Source: an uncultured Candidatus Peribacteria bacterium
GTDB taxonomy: Bacteria > Patescibacteriota > Gracilibacteria > UBA4473
Length of the DNA stretch: 43,061 nt
NCBI GenBank assembly: GCA_964468965.1
Contig: CAYXXA010000004.1
Location: 1 to 43,061, forward strand
Direction of reading: 5' to 3'
Shown here: piece after piece, positions 16,444 through 27,026 of the stretch
Numbering within the stretch: the first letter of the stretch is position 1
Layout: each line of letters starts with the position of its first letter
Translations under genes and position numbers: made by a program
The notes under the pieces: generated by a model
Database searches by the model: none
Seen by the model: the letters and a program-made list of their open reading frames with translations, nothing else
What the model was told of the DNA's origin: nothing

Positions 16444-16559
16444 CGTCATCCTGACAATAATTTTTCATACAAGATCAGGAGGGATCTAAATTATTAAAAA
16501 AAAGTCAAAACACAAGATCCCTCCTGAAACTAAATTTCACCTTTGATGTCGGGATGACG
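16444..16559. repeat. Nested imperfect inverted repeat (116 nt): candidate structured RNA or oversized terminator
   Basis: The outer arms are CGTCATCCTGACA (16444-16456) and TGTCGGGATGACG (16547-16559), giving 13 bp with one T:G. The inner arms are TCAGGAGGGATCT (16475-16487) and AGATCCCTCCTGA (16515-16527), 13 bp perfect, around a 27-nt A-rich loop. On the minus strand a U-tract (TTTCTTTTT) follows. Confidence 0.75.
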
Positions 16560-16606
16560 GAACCTCTTTTTGCACCTCTTCTAAAGTAATCTTTTGTACT
16601 TTCCCT

Positions 16607-16951
16607 TTACGATTTTATTTGAACAGGGTCACTCCCCAAAAGTGCCCCATCTTGAGGTCTTTCCCATTGAGAAATAACTGATTTTACTGATCCAGTAATA
16701 CCAAGTTCATTACACATCCTTGCAAGATGTGCTGCACGGTATTTTTTGGATCCAATATTTTCCGAAACGAATCGACCATTACGACCTCCAGTTAAGACTG
16801 AAACCTCTCCCTCACTACAAGTAATAGTCACCTCTCCCTTATCTGTTCTAACCGGTACACGCCAAAAATCAGGTTGTAACATAATTAGTTGACCCAAGGG
16901 AGTTTCCTCGGGAAAAAGTTGCTCTCTTGGTAATGGTTCTAATTTCGACAT
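16607..16951 (-). CDS. Hypothetical protein (114 aa)
   Basis: ATG-initiated ORF bracketed by a consensus promoter (16977-17004) and the large hairpin (16444-16559). No family motif recognised. Confidence 0.55.
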   Translation of the reverse strand: MSKLEPLPREQLFPEETPLGQLIMLQPDFWRVPVRTDKGEVTITCSEGEVSVLTGGRNGRFVSENIGSKKYRAAHLARMCNELGITGSVKSVISQWERPQDGALLGSDPVQIKS

Positions 16952-16976
16952 CTTTACAAATTTAAAAATCAGCCTA

Positions 16977-17004
16977 ATTATATATAAATAAAAAATCCTG
17001 TCAA
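16977..17004 (-). promoter_or_regulatory. Consensus sigma70-type promoter TTGACA-16-TATAAT
   Basis: On the minus strand: TTGACA (16999-17004), a 16-nt spacer, then TATAAT (16977-16982). It lies about 25 nt upstream of the ATG at 16951. Confidence 0.65.
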
Positions 17005-17011
17005 TTAAACT

Positions 17012-17935
17012 TTATTTCGTCACTCCAATTTTATATTTCTCACAAAAGTTTCTTACCTTCTGCGAATAGGGTTCTCGAAGTGTAAAAGTCTGTTTTGGAC
17101 AAAAGAATTCCCCCAGTACCAATGAATGAAAACGTTCTCCAACAATAACTTCTGCCGTTGCAAAATTATGAAATAAATAGTCTTTTGTTTCTGGAAAAAT
17201 AACCTTTCCGTCAAAAATACGTGGAATATTATTAAGATCTCTGGCATCAAAAGCGATAAACACTAGGTCTAAACCTTCTATTGAAGCCTTCTTCATAACC
17301 TTTCGTAACTCTCGAGAATGTGCTGGAGTCACCGCATTAAAGAGCAATACTTTTTCCTTTTTGAGTTTCTTCAGTTTTACCTCATTTTTTTCTAAAAAAG
17401 CAAAAACACGATCATTTTTTAATTCACATTCCCCATTAATTCCTAAATTTTCAAACACATGAAGTGAAGCTTCATCTCGAACCGAAAAATGCTTCATCCC
17501 CTCTAGGGCTCGAATAATAAAATATTTTTTTAGATTATTATGTGGATAATCTAGCCCTTGATACTCCCAAAATACAGGAACATAGGGAAATAAATACTTC
17601 ACCCAATGACTCGTCACCCACCAAAGAAAATAAGCTCGCATTTTAATCGCAAAAAGTCCACCTCCCGCAAAAACCACCTTGCTAATATTTTCTCGCTGAT
17701 CGCAAATACGACGCCTATAACGCTTAGAAAAAAGAAATTTAAACAAACTACGCACGCCCGTCGGAAAAGGAGGGATAGTTTCAAATTCACGCTGAGTAAA
17801 CTTTTTTGAAAACACCTCATCGGCCGTCATTACAATACAGTTTTCAACTCCATATTCATCCAATGCCGCATCTAAGATCAACTCGTCTCCTAAATTCTTC
17901 GCTCCAAAATTCCCAATAAGTAGTATTTTTTTCAT
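17012..17935 (-). CDS. Polysaccharide pyruvyl transferase family protein (CsaB-like)
   Basis: The N-terminus MKKILLIGNFGAKNLGDELILDAAL matches the family signature (GyyG..NlGDeail). The C-terminal VIVGERFHSLVLG matches the conserved (R/M)xH motif region. Confidence 0.7.
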   Translation of the reverse strand: MKKILLIGNFGAKNLGDELILDAALDEYGVENCIVMTADEVFSKKFTQREFETIPPFPTGVRSLFKFLFSKRYRRRICDQRENISKVVFAGGGLFAIKMRAYFLWWVTSHWVKYLFPYVPVFWEYQGLDYPHNNLKKYFIIRALEGMKHFSVRDEASLHVFENLGINGECELKNDRVFAFLEKNEVKLKKLKKEKVLLFNAVTPAHSRELRKVMKKASIEGLDLVFIAFDARDLNNIPRIFDGKVIFPETKDYLFHNFATAEVIVGERFHSLVLGEFFCPKQTFTLREPYSQKVRNFCEKYKIGVTK

Positions 17936-17976
17936 TTCAGTACCATCATATCCAAATAAATACTTTTGAAAATGAC

Positions 17977-18951
17977 TTAGTCTAAGTAATTTCTTTTATT
18001 TCTATTATGATCCTCCAGGGTTTTTCCAAAGTGAATTTTTCCATTTCGATCATGGAGATAGTAGTAGTACTCTGTTTTTTCAGGACGAACAGCTGCCTCA
18101 AAGGCATCCATTGAAAAATTAGAAATCGCTGTTGGCGGTAAACCTAAATTTCGACGTGTGTTATATCCTGAGTTTGATTCAAAATCATCCGTATACAACG
18201 GACGATCCCACTCCCCCAATTCATAACGTGTTGTTGCGTCAATACCAAGTGGAATGTTTTCATCTAACCGCTTCCACATGATTCCCGCAATTTTTTTCTT
18301 CTCCTCAAGCGAATCCCCAAAAGCCTCACGCTCCACCATTGATGCCACACGGACAATTTCATCAAGCGTTCGCCCTGATTTCGCTATATCTTCTTTGAAT
18401 GGGGCGATCTGAATTTGAAAGTTTTTATAGAGTCGTTCAATAAATCGCCTCGAATCAAAATGTTTAGGATTTACAAAATAGGTTGATGGATAAAGATATC
18501 CCTCCAGCATAGGTACTCGAAAACTAAGCGTACATGTCCCCGCACAAGTTTGAAATTCACCAGGTTTGATGAGTGATTTTTTAGCTAAAATAGCATCAAT
18601 ATCCGCAATAGTTGAACCTTCGGGGATAGTGATTTTTTGTTCTTTTGACTTTCCATTTTGAAGAATATCTACAATCTCCTGAAAGGTTAGATTTTTCTGG
18701 ATAACGTATTCGCCCGCCTGCAACCTTGTCCCTAAGTGATGCCACTTTACAAATAACCGAAACACAAAATCATCTCGAATGAGCCCTTTTTCTTTTAGTT
18801 TATGGGAAATAGGTGACAGCCCTGTTCCCTTAGGAATTTCAATAGAAACCCGATCGGTACTATCAGAATTTGGCTTATCCCAGACTAAAAGTATTCGCGA
18901 AGCAAAATATAAAAAAACAAAACCAGTAACAATAACAATAAATTTTTTCAT
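17977..18951 (-). CDS. mltG: Endolytic murein transglycosylase MltG (YceG family)
   Basis: It has an N-terminal TM anchor and YceG motifs: IEIPKGTGLSPI, AGEY, ITIPEGSTIADI, ASMVEREA, YNTRRNLGLPPTAISN. Confidence 0.88.
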   Translation of the reverse strand: MKKFIVIVTGFVFLYFASRILLVWDKPNSDSTDRVSIEIPKGTGLSPISHKLKEKGLIRDDFVFRLFVKWHHLGTRLQAGEYVIQKNLTFQEIVDILQNGKSKEQKITIPEGSTIADIDAILAKKSLIKPGEFQTCAGTCTLSFRVPMLEGYLYPSTYFVNPKHFDSRRFIERLYKNFQIQIAPFKEDIAKSGRTLDEIVRVASMVEREAFGDSLEEKKKIAGIMWKRLDENIPLGIDATTRYELGEWDRPLYTDDFESNSGYNTRRNLGLPPTAISNFSMDAFEAAVRPEKTEYYYYLHDRNGKIHFGKTLEDHNRNKRNYLD

Positions 18952-18997
18952 GCGATTATTCGTAAATATAGAGTTTTTATAGCAAACACATAATAAA

Positions 18998-19297
18998 CTA
19001 TTGCCCCCCTAGCCCAGGAAATCCACCCATAATCGACTTCATTCGCTCAGCAGCAACTTGTTGTGCTTTCTTCAGCGCCTTATTCGTTACTTCAAGTATT
19101 GATTTTTCTAATAAACTTCTATTCGCTAGAACACTCTCATCCGTAATTTCAACGGAAATAACTTCTTGTTCCGCACTAACGGTTACTTTTACGCCATTTG
19201 ATTCTGAAAAAATATGCGTCTTCGCTAACTCTTTTTTTATTTTTTTAGCTTCTTTTTGAAGCTTATACATGTCACCCATTTGTCCAAGCATTCCCAT
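18998..19297 (-). CDS. ybaB: Nucleoid-associated protein YbaB/EbfC
   Basis: 99 aa. MGDMYKLQKEAKKIKKELAKT...SNGVKVTVSAEQEVISVEI...LEKSILEVTNKALKKAQ is the typical YbaB layout. Confidence 0.85.
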   Translation of the reverse strand: MGMLGQMGDMYKLQKEAKKIKKELAKTHIFSESNGVKVTVSAEQEVISVEITDESVLANRSLLEKSILEVTNKALKKAQQVAAERMKSIMGGFPGLGGQ

Positions 19298-19370
19298 TTT
19301 ATTTGATGTTTATGAATTAAAAATTTGGTGTTTCAAAACACGCACAAACATATTATTGCCAAAATTGATT

Positions 19371-19398
19371 TTGTCGAACGATTTTTTTATTCTAGAAT
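19371..19398 (+). promoter_or_regulatory. Possible promoter TTGTCG-16-TAGAAT
   Basis: TTGTCG lies at 19371-19376 and TAGAAT at 19393-19398, upstream of the 70-aa ORF and gyrB. Confidence 0.35.
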
Positions 19399-19425
19399 AT
19401 CCATGAAATATTTGTAAAAAACAAA

Positions 19426-19638
19426 ATGCCTCCTAAAAAATCAACAAAAAAACGATCTACCATAAAAACTAAAAAAAATAAGCACGTTTCGTTGTTACTA
19501 CCTAGACACATGTTTGACACGGATCGAGCACAGTTGGTCGTAAGCCTCTTAATGCTTACTATTCTCATTATTCAGGTCTATCTGTTTATTAATGTTTACC
19601 AACTGCTCGGACAGATCGCTGAAATGACCACCACTTAA
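19426..19638 (+). CDS. Small hypothetical membrane protein (70 aa)
   Basis: A strongly basic N-terminus (PPKKSTKKRSTIKTKKNK) is followed by one hydrophobic helix (LVVSLLMLTILIIQVYLFINVY). It sits just upstream of gyrB. Confidence 0.4.
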   Translation: MPPKKSTKKRSTIKTKKNKHVSLLLPRHMFDTDRAQLVVSLLMLTILIIQVYLFINVYQLLGQIAEMTTT

Positions 19639-19664
19639 TGACTAACCATAAAATTCAATATTAA

Positions 19665-21584
<1,920 letters not shown>

Positions 21585-21657
21585 GAGAACATCGCAAATA
21601 TTTTTTACTTTCCAGTGATTTTCTTTAGTATATTGTCGTTTTTTAACCCTTAAAATA

Positions 21658-22191
21658 ATGAATCTTTTCTATGACTTACCTCTTTCTGAAGAGGACGGCG
21701 TCTTCCACGCTGTAATCGAAATTCCAAAACGATCTCGAATCAAATACGAATATTCAGAAAAACACGGTGCTGTTTTCGTTGACCGTATTTTTCGAACACC
21801 AGTAGATTACCCACAAAATTACGGATTCTTCCCTCAAACTTGGAATAAGTACGACAATGACCCAATGGACGTAATCGTTGTCTCAACAGAAACTTTCCAT
21901 CCAGGTGTTGTCGTTCCGGTGAAAGTGGTTGGGATCATTGAAATGGACGATTCTGGTGAACTCGATCATAAGATTATTGCTATTCCGACAGGAAATTCTG
22001 ATTATGCACACTGCCAAGACATTACGGACCTTGACCATGAAACCGTTGCGAATCTCGAGTGGTTCCTCAGTAATTATAAAGGACGAGAAAAGGGAAAAGA
22101 AGTGAAACTGCTCGGAACAAAAGGACGTGACATAGCCCTTAGTTTTCTTCAAGAATGTGCTGAAGAATATCAAGCTAACCATAAAAAGTAG
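21658..22191 (+). CDS. ppa: Inorganic pyrophosphatase (family I)
   Basis: IEIPKRSRIKYEY, DYPQNYGFFPQT...DNDPMDVIV and DHKIIA are the canonical family I PPase motifs. Confidence 0.92.
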   Translation: MNLFYDLPLSEEDGVFHAVIEIPKRSRIKYEYSEKHGAVFVDRIFRTPVDYPQNYGFFPQTWNKYDNDPMDVIVVSTETFHPGVVVPVKVVGIIEMDDSGELDHKIIAIPTGNSDYAHCQDITDLDHETVANLEWFLSNYKGREKGKEVKLLGTKGRDIALSFLQECAEEYQANHKK

Positions 22192-22202
22192 TAAAACAAA
22201 AA

Positions 22203-22232
22203 AAGACCGATAACAATCATTGGTCTTTTTTT
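22203..22232 (+). terminator. Rho-independent terminator downstream of ppa
   Basis: The stem pairs AAGACCGA (22203-22210) with TTGGTCTT (22220-22227), 8 bp including one G:U. It has a 9-nt loop and a T-run extending to 22232. Confidence 0.65.
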
Positions 22233-22245
22233 AGTATGAATAAAT

Positions 22246-22273
22246 TTGACTTTCATAATACTCATTTTATAGT
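22246..22273 (+). promoter_or_regulatory. Possible promoter TTGACT-16-TATAGT
   Basis: TTGACT lies at 22246-22251 and TATAGT at 22268-22273, 26 nt upstream of the ATG at 22300. Confidence 0.5.
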
Positions 22274-22299
22274 GCATCAGAATTAACCCCAAATATATC

Positions 22300-22617
22300 A
22301 TGGAAATATTTGGAAAACCACCAGTTGAGACTTCTACGACCAAAGCTCAAGCCTTACTACTATCGGCAGCACTAGTTTTTACACCCTCAATTGTATTAGC
22401 AAAGGTCAACAAGACAATCAGTCCCAATGCTTCTCCTGAAGTTTGGGCTACCAAAAAGGCTGATGATTACCGAGCAAAGCATGAAACAATCGTTAATGAA
22501 CAGCACCAACGAGACATAATAAAGGCTCTACAAACAGCTATGGAAGTAAAAAATAATGACCACGATCGTGGATATCGACATGGATCAGCTCGACCAAAAA
22601 ATAAATCACATAAGTAA
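22300..22617 (+). CDS. Small hypothetical secreted protein (105 aa)
   Basis: It has a signal-like hydrophobic stretch (ALLLSAALVFTPSIVLAK) and a basic C-terminus. No motif recognised. Confidence 0.45.
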   Translation: MEIFGKPPVETSTTKAQALLLSAALVFTPSIVLAKVNKTISPNASPEVWATKKADDYRAKHETIVNEQHQRDIIKALQTAMEVKNNDHDRGYRHGSARPKNKSHK

Positions 22618-22635
22618 TCTTACCTAGTCTTTCAA

Positions 22636-24120
22636 CTATACAACGGTTGGGATAAACATCCCAACCGCCTCCACGTGGCTCGTATGTGGAAATTGATCAA
22701 CTAATGATAATTTTTTAAGTTTATAACCTGATTTTTCTAGTATTTCAGCATCACGTGCCATTGTCGCTGGATTACAAGAAACATAGACGATCTTTTTTGC
22801 CCCTAAATCTATCACTTTTTTAAGCGTTTTGGGAGCTATCCCCGACCGTGGTGGATCGAGAACAATGGTATCAATCTCATTTTTGAAGTACGGATGTGCC
22901 GTAAGGAATTTTCCAACATCATCGTTGAAAAATTTAATGCCCCCTACTTCATTCCTTTTTGCACTTGCTATCGCATCGACAATAGCCGATTCGACAAGCT
23001 CTATGCCGTAAATTTTAGACTTTGGAGAACTTTTAGCTAAAATTTGAGCGATCGTTCCCGTCCCACAGAAACAATCAAAAATCTTTTCACCAACCTTTGG
23101 GGTAACATAATCAACAACTTTACCGTATAATTTTTCGGCAGACTTGGGATTGGTTTGAAAAAAAGAATCAAGTGCAATAGCAAATTGCAAAGAGTTATTT
23201 TTAACCGTTAACCATTCCTCTAGTTTTTTGGTTCCAGCTAAAAAATGACGTGATTTATATTTTACCATTGGATTGCCCGTATCATCACTCTGTGTCCAGA
23301 ATATTCCACCAAGTCGATTGCCTAATATATTTTTCATTAAATCAATAAATTCTTGTACCTCAAAACGATTTCCACTATCGACCGATGTTACAAGGTTTAT
23401 TAAAAAATGATCTTGTTTATAGCTTTTCCGTACAACTAAATGTCGAAAAAAACCTTTTTGTGTTTTAGTGTTATAGACCATTAAACCACTACTTTCTGCC
23501 CAAGATCGAATGTTTGGCAGTTCTTTTTCAAAAGCTTCATCAAAAAGTCCTGATGGCTTTTCAAGATTTTCAACAAGCCAGTATTGTCCACGTTTTTTTG
23601 AGCCAAGACCAAATCCTGTATGTGACCAAATCTTTTTTCCTTCTTCGTCTAGCTCAAATGTTTCTTCGATTGGGCCAAATGAAAACTCCATCTTATTTCG
23701 GTAATTCCAGATTAATGGAGACTCAATATATTCATCAAATAATCCATTTTCCCTTAAGTCAATATTCGCAAACTTACGAAACAGATCAAACACTTGTATT
23801 TTTTTATATTTCTGCTGATCTTCAATAGCAAGTGTTGCCCAAGGTGCTCCTGAAACCAATTGGTAATTTATTTCAACTTCCTTATCGGATCGCTTTAAGA
23901 CATTAACCAATTTTGCTTCAGCATACCGCCGCTTCTTTTTAGCGATTTTTGCTTCAACGGTTTGCCCCGGTAATGCCCCATCAACAAAGACAATAAAATC
24001 TTTAGACTTTTTATTCTCCTCGTTCGTCATTCGCAATTCGTCATTCGTAATTTTACTAATCCCTCTCCCTCCAAAGGCAAGATCCGTTATTTCCAATTCT
24101 AGTATTTCACCTATTTTCAT
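22636..24120 (-). CDS. SAM-dependent RNA (uracil-5)-methyltransferase, RlmD/TrmA family, with N-terminal TRAM domain
   Basis: FDCFCGTGTIAQILA (SAM motif I), LDPPRSGI, YVSCNPAT (catalytic Cys) and VDQFPHTSHVE. The TRAM-like N-terminus carries an inserted NDELRMTNEENKKSK segment. There are no cysteines where RumA-type enzymes bind their 4Fe-4S cluster. Confidence 0.85.
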   Translation of the reverse strand: MKIGEILELEITDLAFGGRGISKITNDELRMTNEENKKSKDFIVFVDGALPGQTVEAKIAKKKRRYAEAKLVNVLKRSDKEVEINYQLVSGAPWATLAIEDQQKYKKIQVFDLFRKFANIDLRENGLFDEYIESPLIWNYRNKMEFSFGPIEETFELDEEGKKIWSHTGFGLGSKKRGQYWLVENLEKPSGLFDEAFEKELPNIRSWAESSGLMVYNTKTQKGFFRHLVVRKSYKQDHFLINLVTSVDSGNRFEVQEFIDLMKNILGNRLGGIFWTQSDDTGNPMVKYKSRHFLAGTKKLEEWLTVKNNSLQFAIALDSFFQTNPKSAEKLYGKVVDYVTPKVGEKIFDCFCGTGTIAQILAKSSPKSKIYGIELVESAIVDAIASAKRNEVGGIKFFNDDVGKFLTAHPYFKNEIDTIVLDPPRSGIAPKTLKKVIDLGAKKIVYVSCNPATMARDAEILEKSGYKLKKLSLVDQFPHTSHVEAVGMFIPTVV

Positions 24121-24126
24121 TATTAT

Positions 24127-24633
24127 TTAGTAATTTAAACGCTTTTGTGACTCCACTTCCCAATCCTGTGCTTTCTTTTTTTCTTCAGCAATATATTTCT
24201 GAAATTCAGTAAAAGATACTTTTTTACCTTTTAAATAATGACTTTTTATAATACCAATACATTCAGAACGAAAAAGCTGTCCTTTTTTTATCCCCATACA
24301 ACTACAGTTTTTATAATCTCCCCACCGCCAACCACTATCACACTCTGGAAAAGGGATAATGGCTAATACTGAATGAAAAAATAAGGTAATTATAAAAGTT
24401 ACAACTAAAGACTTAAGTCGGAACTTCTTAAAAAAATAAAGGAAAAGTAATATTGATTGCACAATAAAAACTACTGAAGTTAAATATGAAAACCCAAAAA
24501 AAGTAAACTCAGAAGTACCATCCCTTAAAACTTCTACCAAAGCCATGATTCCCCATGGCAAAAGTATATAGAGACTATTTAAAATAATTACGGATATTCC
24601 AAAGAATAATATTTTTTTTAACTTTTTTTTCAT
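24127..24633 (-). CDS. Hypothetical membrane protein (168 aa, about 4 TM) with a Cys-containing tail
   Basis: Hydrophobic helices are followed by PECDSGWRWGDYKNCSCMG...SECIG. The stop is 6 nt upstream of the methyltransferase ATG, so they are probably co-transcribed. Confidence 0.55.
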   Translation of the reverse strand: MKKKLKKILFFGISVIILNSLYILLPWGIMALVEVLRDGTSEFTFFGFSYLTSVVFIVQSILLFLYFFKKFRLKSLVVTFIITLFFHSVLAIIPFPECDSGWRWGDYKNCSCMGIKKGQLFRSECIGIIKSHYLKGKKVSFTEFQKYIAEEKKKAQDWEVESQKRLNY

Positions 24634-24702
24634 CTTTAATAATATTTAACCACCATTAAACTACTAAGTTGTTCCCTCTTGTCCAGAATCTAACAAGGAT
24701 TC

Positions 24703-24730
24703 TTGCCTCTTTTTATTTAAATAATAAGAT
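24703..24730 (+). promoter_or_regulatory. Possible promoter TTGCCT-16-TAAGAT for tRNA-Arg and miaA
   Basis: TTGCCT lies at 24703-24708 and TAAGAT at 24725-24730. The -10 box ends 10 nt before the first tRNA nucleotide. Confidence 0.5.
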
Positions 24731-24740
24731 ATTCGTGAAA

Positions 24741-24814
24741 GTCCCCATAGTTCAATGGAAGAATAGCTCCCTCCTAAGGAGTAGATGTAGGTTCGATCCC
24801 TACTGAGGACACCA
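24741..24814 (+). tRNA. tRNA-Arg (anticodon CCU), CCA end encoded
   Basis: Hand-folded cloverleaf. The acceptor is GTCCCCA/TGAGGAC with one C:A mismatch, the D arm is GTTC-AATGGAA-GAAT, and the anticodon arm is GCTCC-CTCCTAA-GGAGT. The variable loop is 4 nt and the T arm is GTAGG-TTCGATC-CCTAC, followed by discriminator A and CCA. Confidence 0.88.
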
Positions 24815-24836
24815 TCACACCATTAACAATTTAACA

Positions 24837-25667
24837 ATGAATAATAAAGATGACATCACGAAGTATGCCATCAATTTTATAAATCAAAATCCAAAAGGCA
24901 TTTTAGAAATCATTGGTCCAACGGCTAGTGGAAAAACTAATTTTACGGTAAATTTGGCAAAATATATTGAAAAAGAAACGGGACAAAAGTCTGAAATAAT
25001 CGTTGTTGATTCTCGGCAAATTTATCGAGAATGTGATATTTCCTCAGCTAAGATTAGTAAAGCAGAAAAACAAGGCATTCCTCACTGGGGCATTGATCTA
25101 AAAAATCCCGATGAACATTTTTCAGCTTTTGAATTTCAGCAATATGCTTTTTCAAAAATTGAGGAAATTTTAGAACGAGGAAACCTTCCTATTCTGTCAG
25201 GAGGAACTATGTTTTGGTGTGATGCGGTAAGTGAAAACTATATATTTGCCTCAGAACCAGTTGATAAAAATGAAAGTGGAAATAATACGCGTTCACGAAT
25301 CAATCTTGACGACAAACAGTTTGTAAAATCACAGAAAAAGGGAAAACCCAAATATGATTTTTTTAAGATTGGACTTCACTGGAATCGACAAAAACTCTAT
25401 GAACGTATCAATCAAAGAGCTAAAATACAATTTGATTCGGGGCTTATTGAGGAAACACAGGCTCTTATGAAAAAGTATGAACCTTCTCCCAATACGCTGA
25501 CCAGCTTCGGATACTTAGAAATTGCTGACTACTTAGCAGGGAAAATAACACTGGAAAAAGCCCTTGAAATCAATCAGCAACGAAATCGGAACTATGCCAA
25601 ACGTCAACTAACCTGGTGGCGTGGACGGAAAGATATACACTGGATTGATATGTCTGTAAATCAGTAA
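24837..25667 (+). CDS. miaA: tRNA dimethylallyltransferase
   Basis: P-loop IIGPTASGKT, VVDSRQIYRECDISSAK, and the C-terminal QRNRNYAKRQLTWWR motif. A ~45-aa insertion occupies the middle. Confidence 0.9.
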   Translation: MNNKDDITKYAINFINQNPKGILEIIGPTASGKTNFTVNLAKYIEKETGQKSEIIVVDSRQIYRECDISSAKISKAEKQGIPHWGIDLKNPDEHFSAFEFQQYAFSKIEEILERGNLPILSGGTMFWCDAVSENYIFASEPVDKNESGNNTRSRINLDDKQFVKSQKKGKPKYDFFKIGLHWNRQKLYERINQRAKIQFDSGLIEETQALMKKYEPSPNTLTSFGYLEIADYLAGKITLEKALEINQQRNRNYAKRQLTWWRGRKDIHWIDMSVNQ

Positions 25668-25677
25668 ATTCAACATG

Positions 25678-26952
25678 CTATTCCGTATTTCTTGCTTGGT
25701 ATTCTAAAACGCCAGCCACGGCCATTACAGGCATGAATATAAGGGGAAAGAGAAAGGAATTTACAAAAAAGGCATGGATAAATACGGCTAAAAAACTGGC
25801 GGCAAAACCAAGATAGATAAGTCCTTCCCGTCGTTTCTTTGGGTTTAAAGTTTTAGCTCTTTCAAGATACCTTGCTGTATTTATGAACAATATTTTTGTA
25901 CAAAAATAAAAAAAGCTCAAAAAACCTAAAACACCCGTTGTTACGAGTATCGTGAGTAAGGTTGAGTCTGCACCTCCAGCAGAAAAATAACTCTCATCGA
26001 CCACCCCTTCCTCAGCAGCTCTAAATCGGTAGGTATTGTACCCAATTCCCAGTATCGGATATTTTTCAAAGAGTTCAAATGACTTCTGCCAGTTCTGAAT
26101 CCGTAAACTTGCCGTTGCGTCTACTTCATCGGTGTCTTGTAATATGATCGATTTAGCCGTTCCTAGTAATTCCCCTACTCTCTTTGTTGAACGCTCACTC
26201 GAAAGAATTCCCATCGTTATTACGAGTAGCCCTATGAGAATCATCTTCCGATCATAAAATAAAAAGAATAAGAATAATCCCATTGCCGCCGCGAGATAGG
26301 CACTTCGTGAAAAAGTAAGAAATAACGCATACAACGTTATTAAAACCAATAATCCCATCCAAAATTTTGATTTTAGTTTTTTTCGTGCATAAAACTGTGC
26401 GACCAAAAGAGGAATCATAAACGCCAAAAATCCGCCTAAATAGTTGGGATCCATCCATGTGCCAAGAAAACGCCCAGTATGAGGATCCCAACCACCTTCT
26501 GTGGAAAACTTTCCAATATCTGGAAAAAGGTAAAACTGTAAAAATCCGAATAATAACACAACCAGACAAATGACAAAGAACGGATTTAAAAAACGTTTAA
26601 TATTTAATTTTTTATGCTCATCTAAAACCATTTCACCTGCTGCCCATGAAAATATTAAAACTGAAATAATCCGAATAATATAAGAAAAACTGAGAATTTT
26701 GGCCTTTATATCTAACTCCCAAGCTCCTAAAATCCAACTTAATATTGCAACCGAAACAAAAATAAATCCTGGTAAGATAAAACTATTATTAGGAAATTTT
26801 TCCTGAAAAATTATCTTTTTGACTATCCACAACGTAGAAAATAACGGTAGTAAAATATCAGTTAGCAAAATCCCCGCTCCTCCAAAAGGAATTCGAATCA
26901 GTAAACCCGGAATAATCAGACACAGACAAAGCCAAAAAAACACTCTCATCAT
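25678..26952 (-). CDS. O-antigen ligase / Wzy-like polytopic membrane protein
   Basis: It has about 10-12 TM helices and the characteristic loop LTFSRSAYLAAAMG (Wzy_C-type SR..... motif). The start is placed at the first ATG (MMRVFF...). Confidence 0.65.
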   Translation of the reverse strand: MMRVFFWLCLCLIIPGLLIRIPFGGAGILLTDILLPLFSTLWIVKKIIFQEKFPNNSFILPGFIFVSVAILSWILGAWELDIKAKILSFSYIIRIISVLIFSWAAGEMVLDEHKKLNIKRFLNPFFVICLVVLLFGFLQFYLFPDIGKFSTEGGWDPHTGRFLGTWMDPNYLGGFLAFMIPLLVAQFYARKKLKSKFWMGLLVLITLYALFLTFSRSAYLAAAMGLFLFFLFYDRKMILIGLLVITMGILSSERSTKRVGELLGTAKSIILQDTDEVDATASLRIQNWQKSFELFEKYPILGIGYNTYRFRAAEEGVVDESYFSAGGADSTLLTILVTTGVLGFLSFFYFCTKILFINTARYLERAKTLNPKKRREGLIYLGFAASFLAVFIHAFFVNSFLFPLIFMPVMAVAGVLEYQARNTE

Positions 26953-26991
26953 CACAGATATTACCAAAGACTAAAAAAAATACACTAATAT

Positions 26992-27020
26992 TTGACATAA
27001 TTACTTAAATATATTAAAAA
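26992..27020 (+). promoter_or_regulatory. Possible promoter TTGACA-17-TAAAAA, 6 nt upstream of the ATG
   Basis: TTGACA lies at 26992-26997 and TAAAAA at 27015-27020, with the ATG at 27027. Confidence 0.45.
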
Positions 27021-27026
27021 TATCAC

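Noticed and set aside
16444-16559. Possibility that the nested hairpin is the SRP (4.5S) RNA or another universal small RNA.
   Set aside because: The conserved SRP domain IV elements (GGAA-type apical loop with flanking AGCA / GCA symmetric-loop motifs) are not present on either strand. I also could not match it to 6S, tmRNA or RNase P features by eye. It is kept as an unclassified structure.
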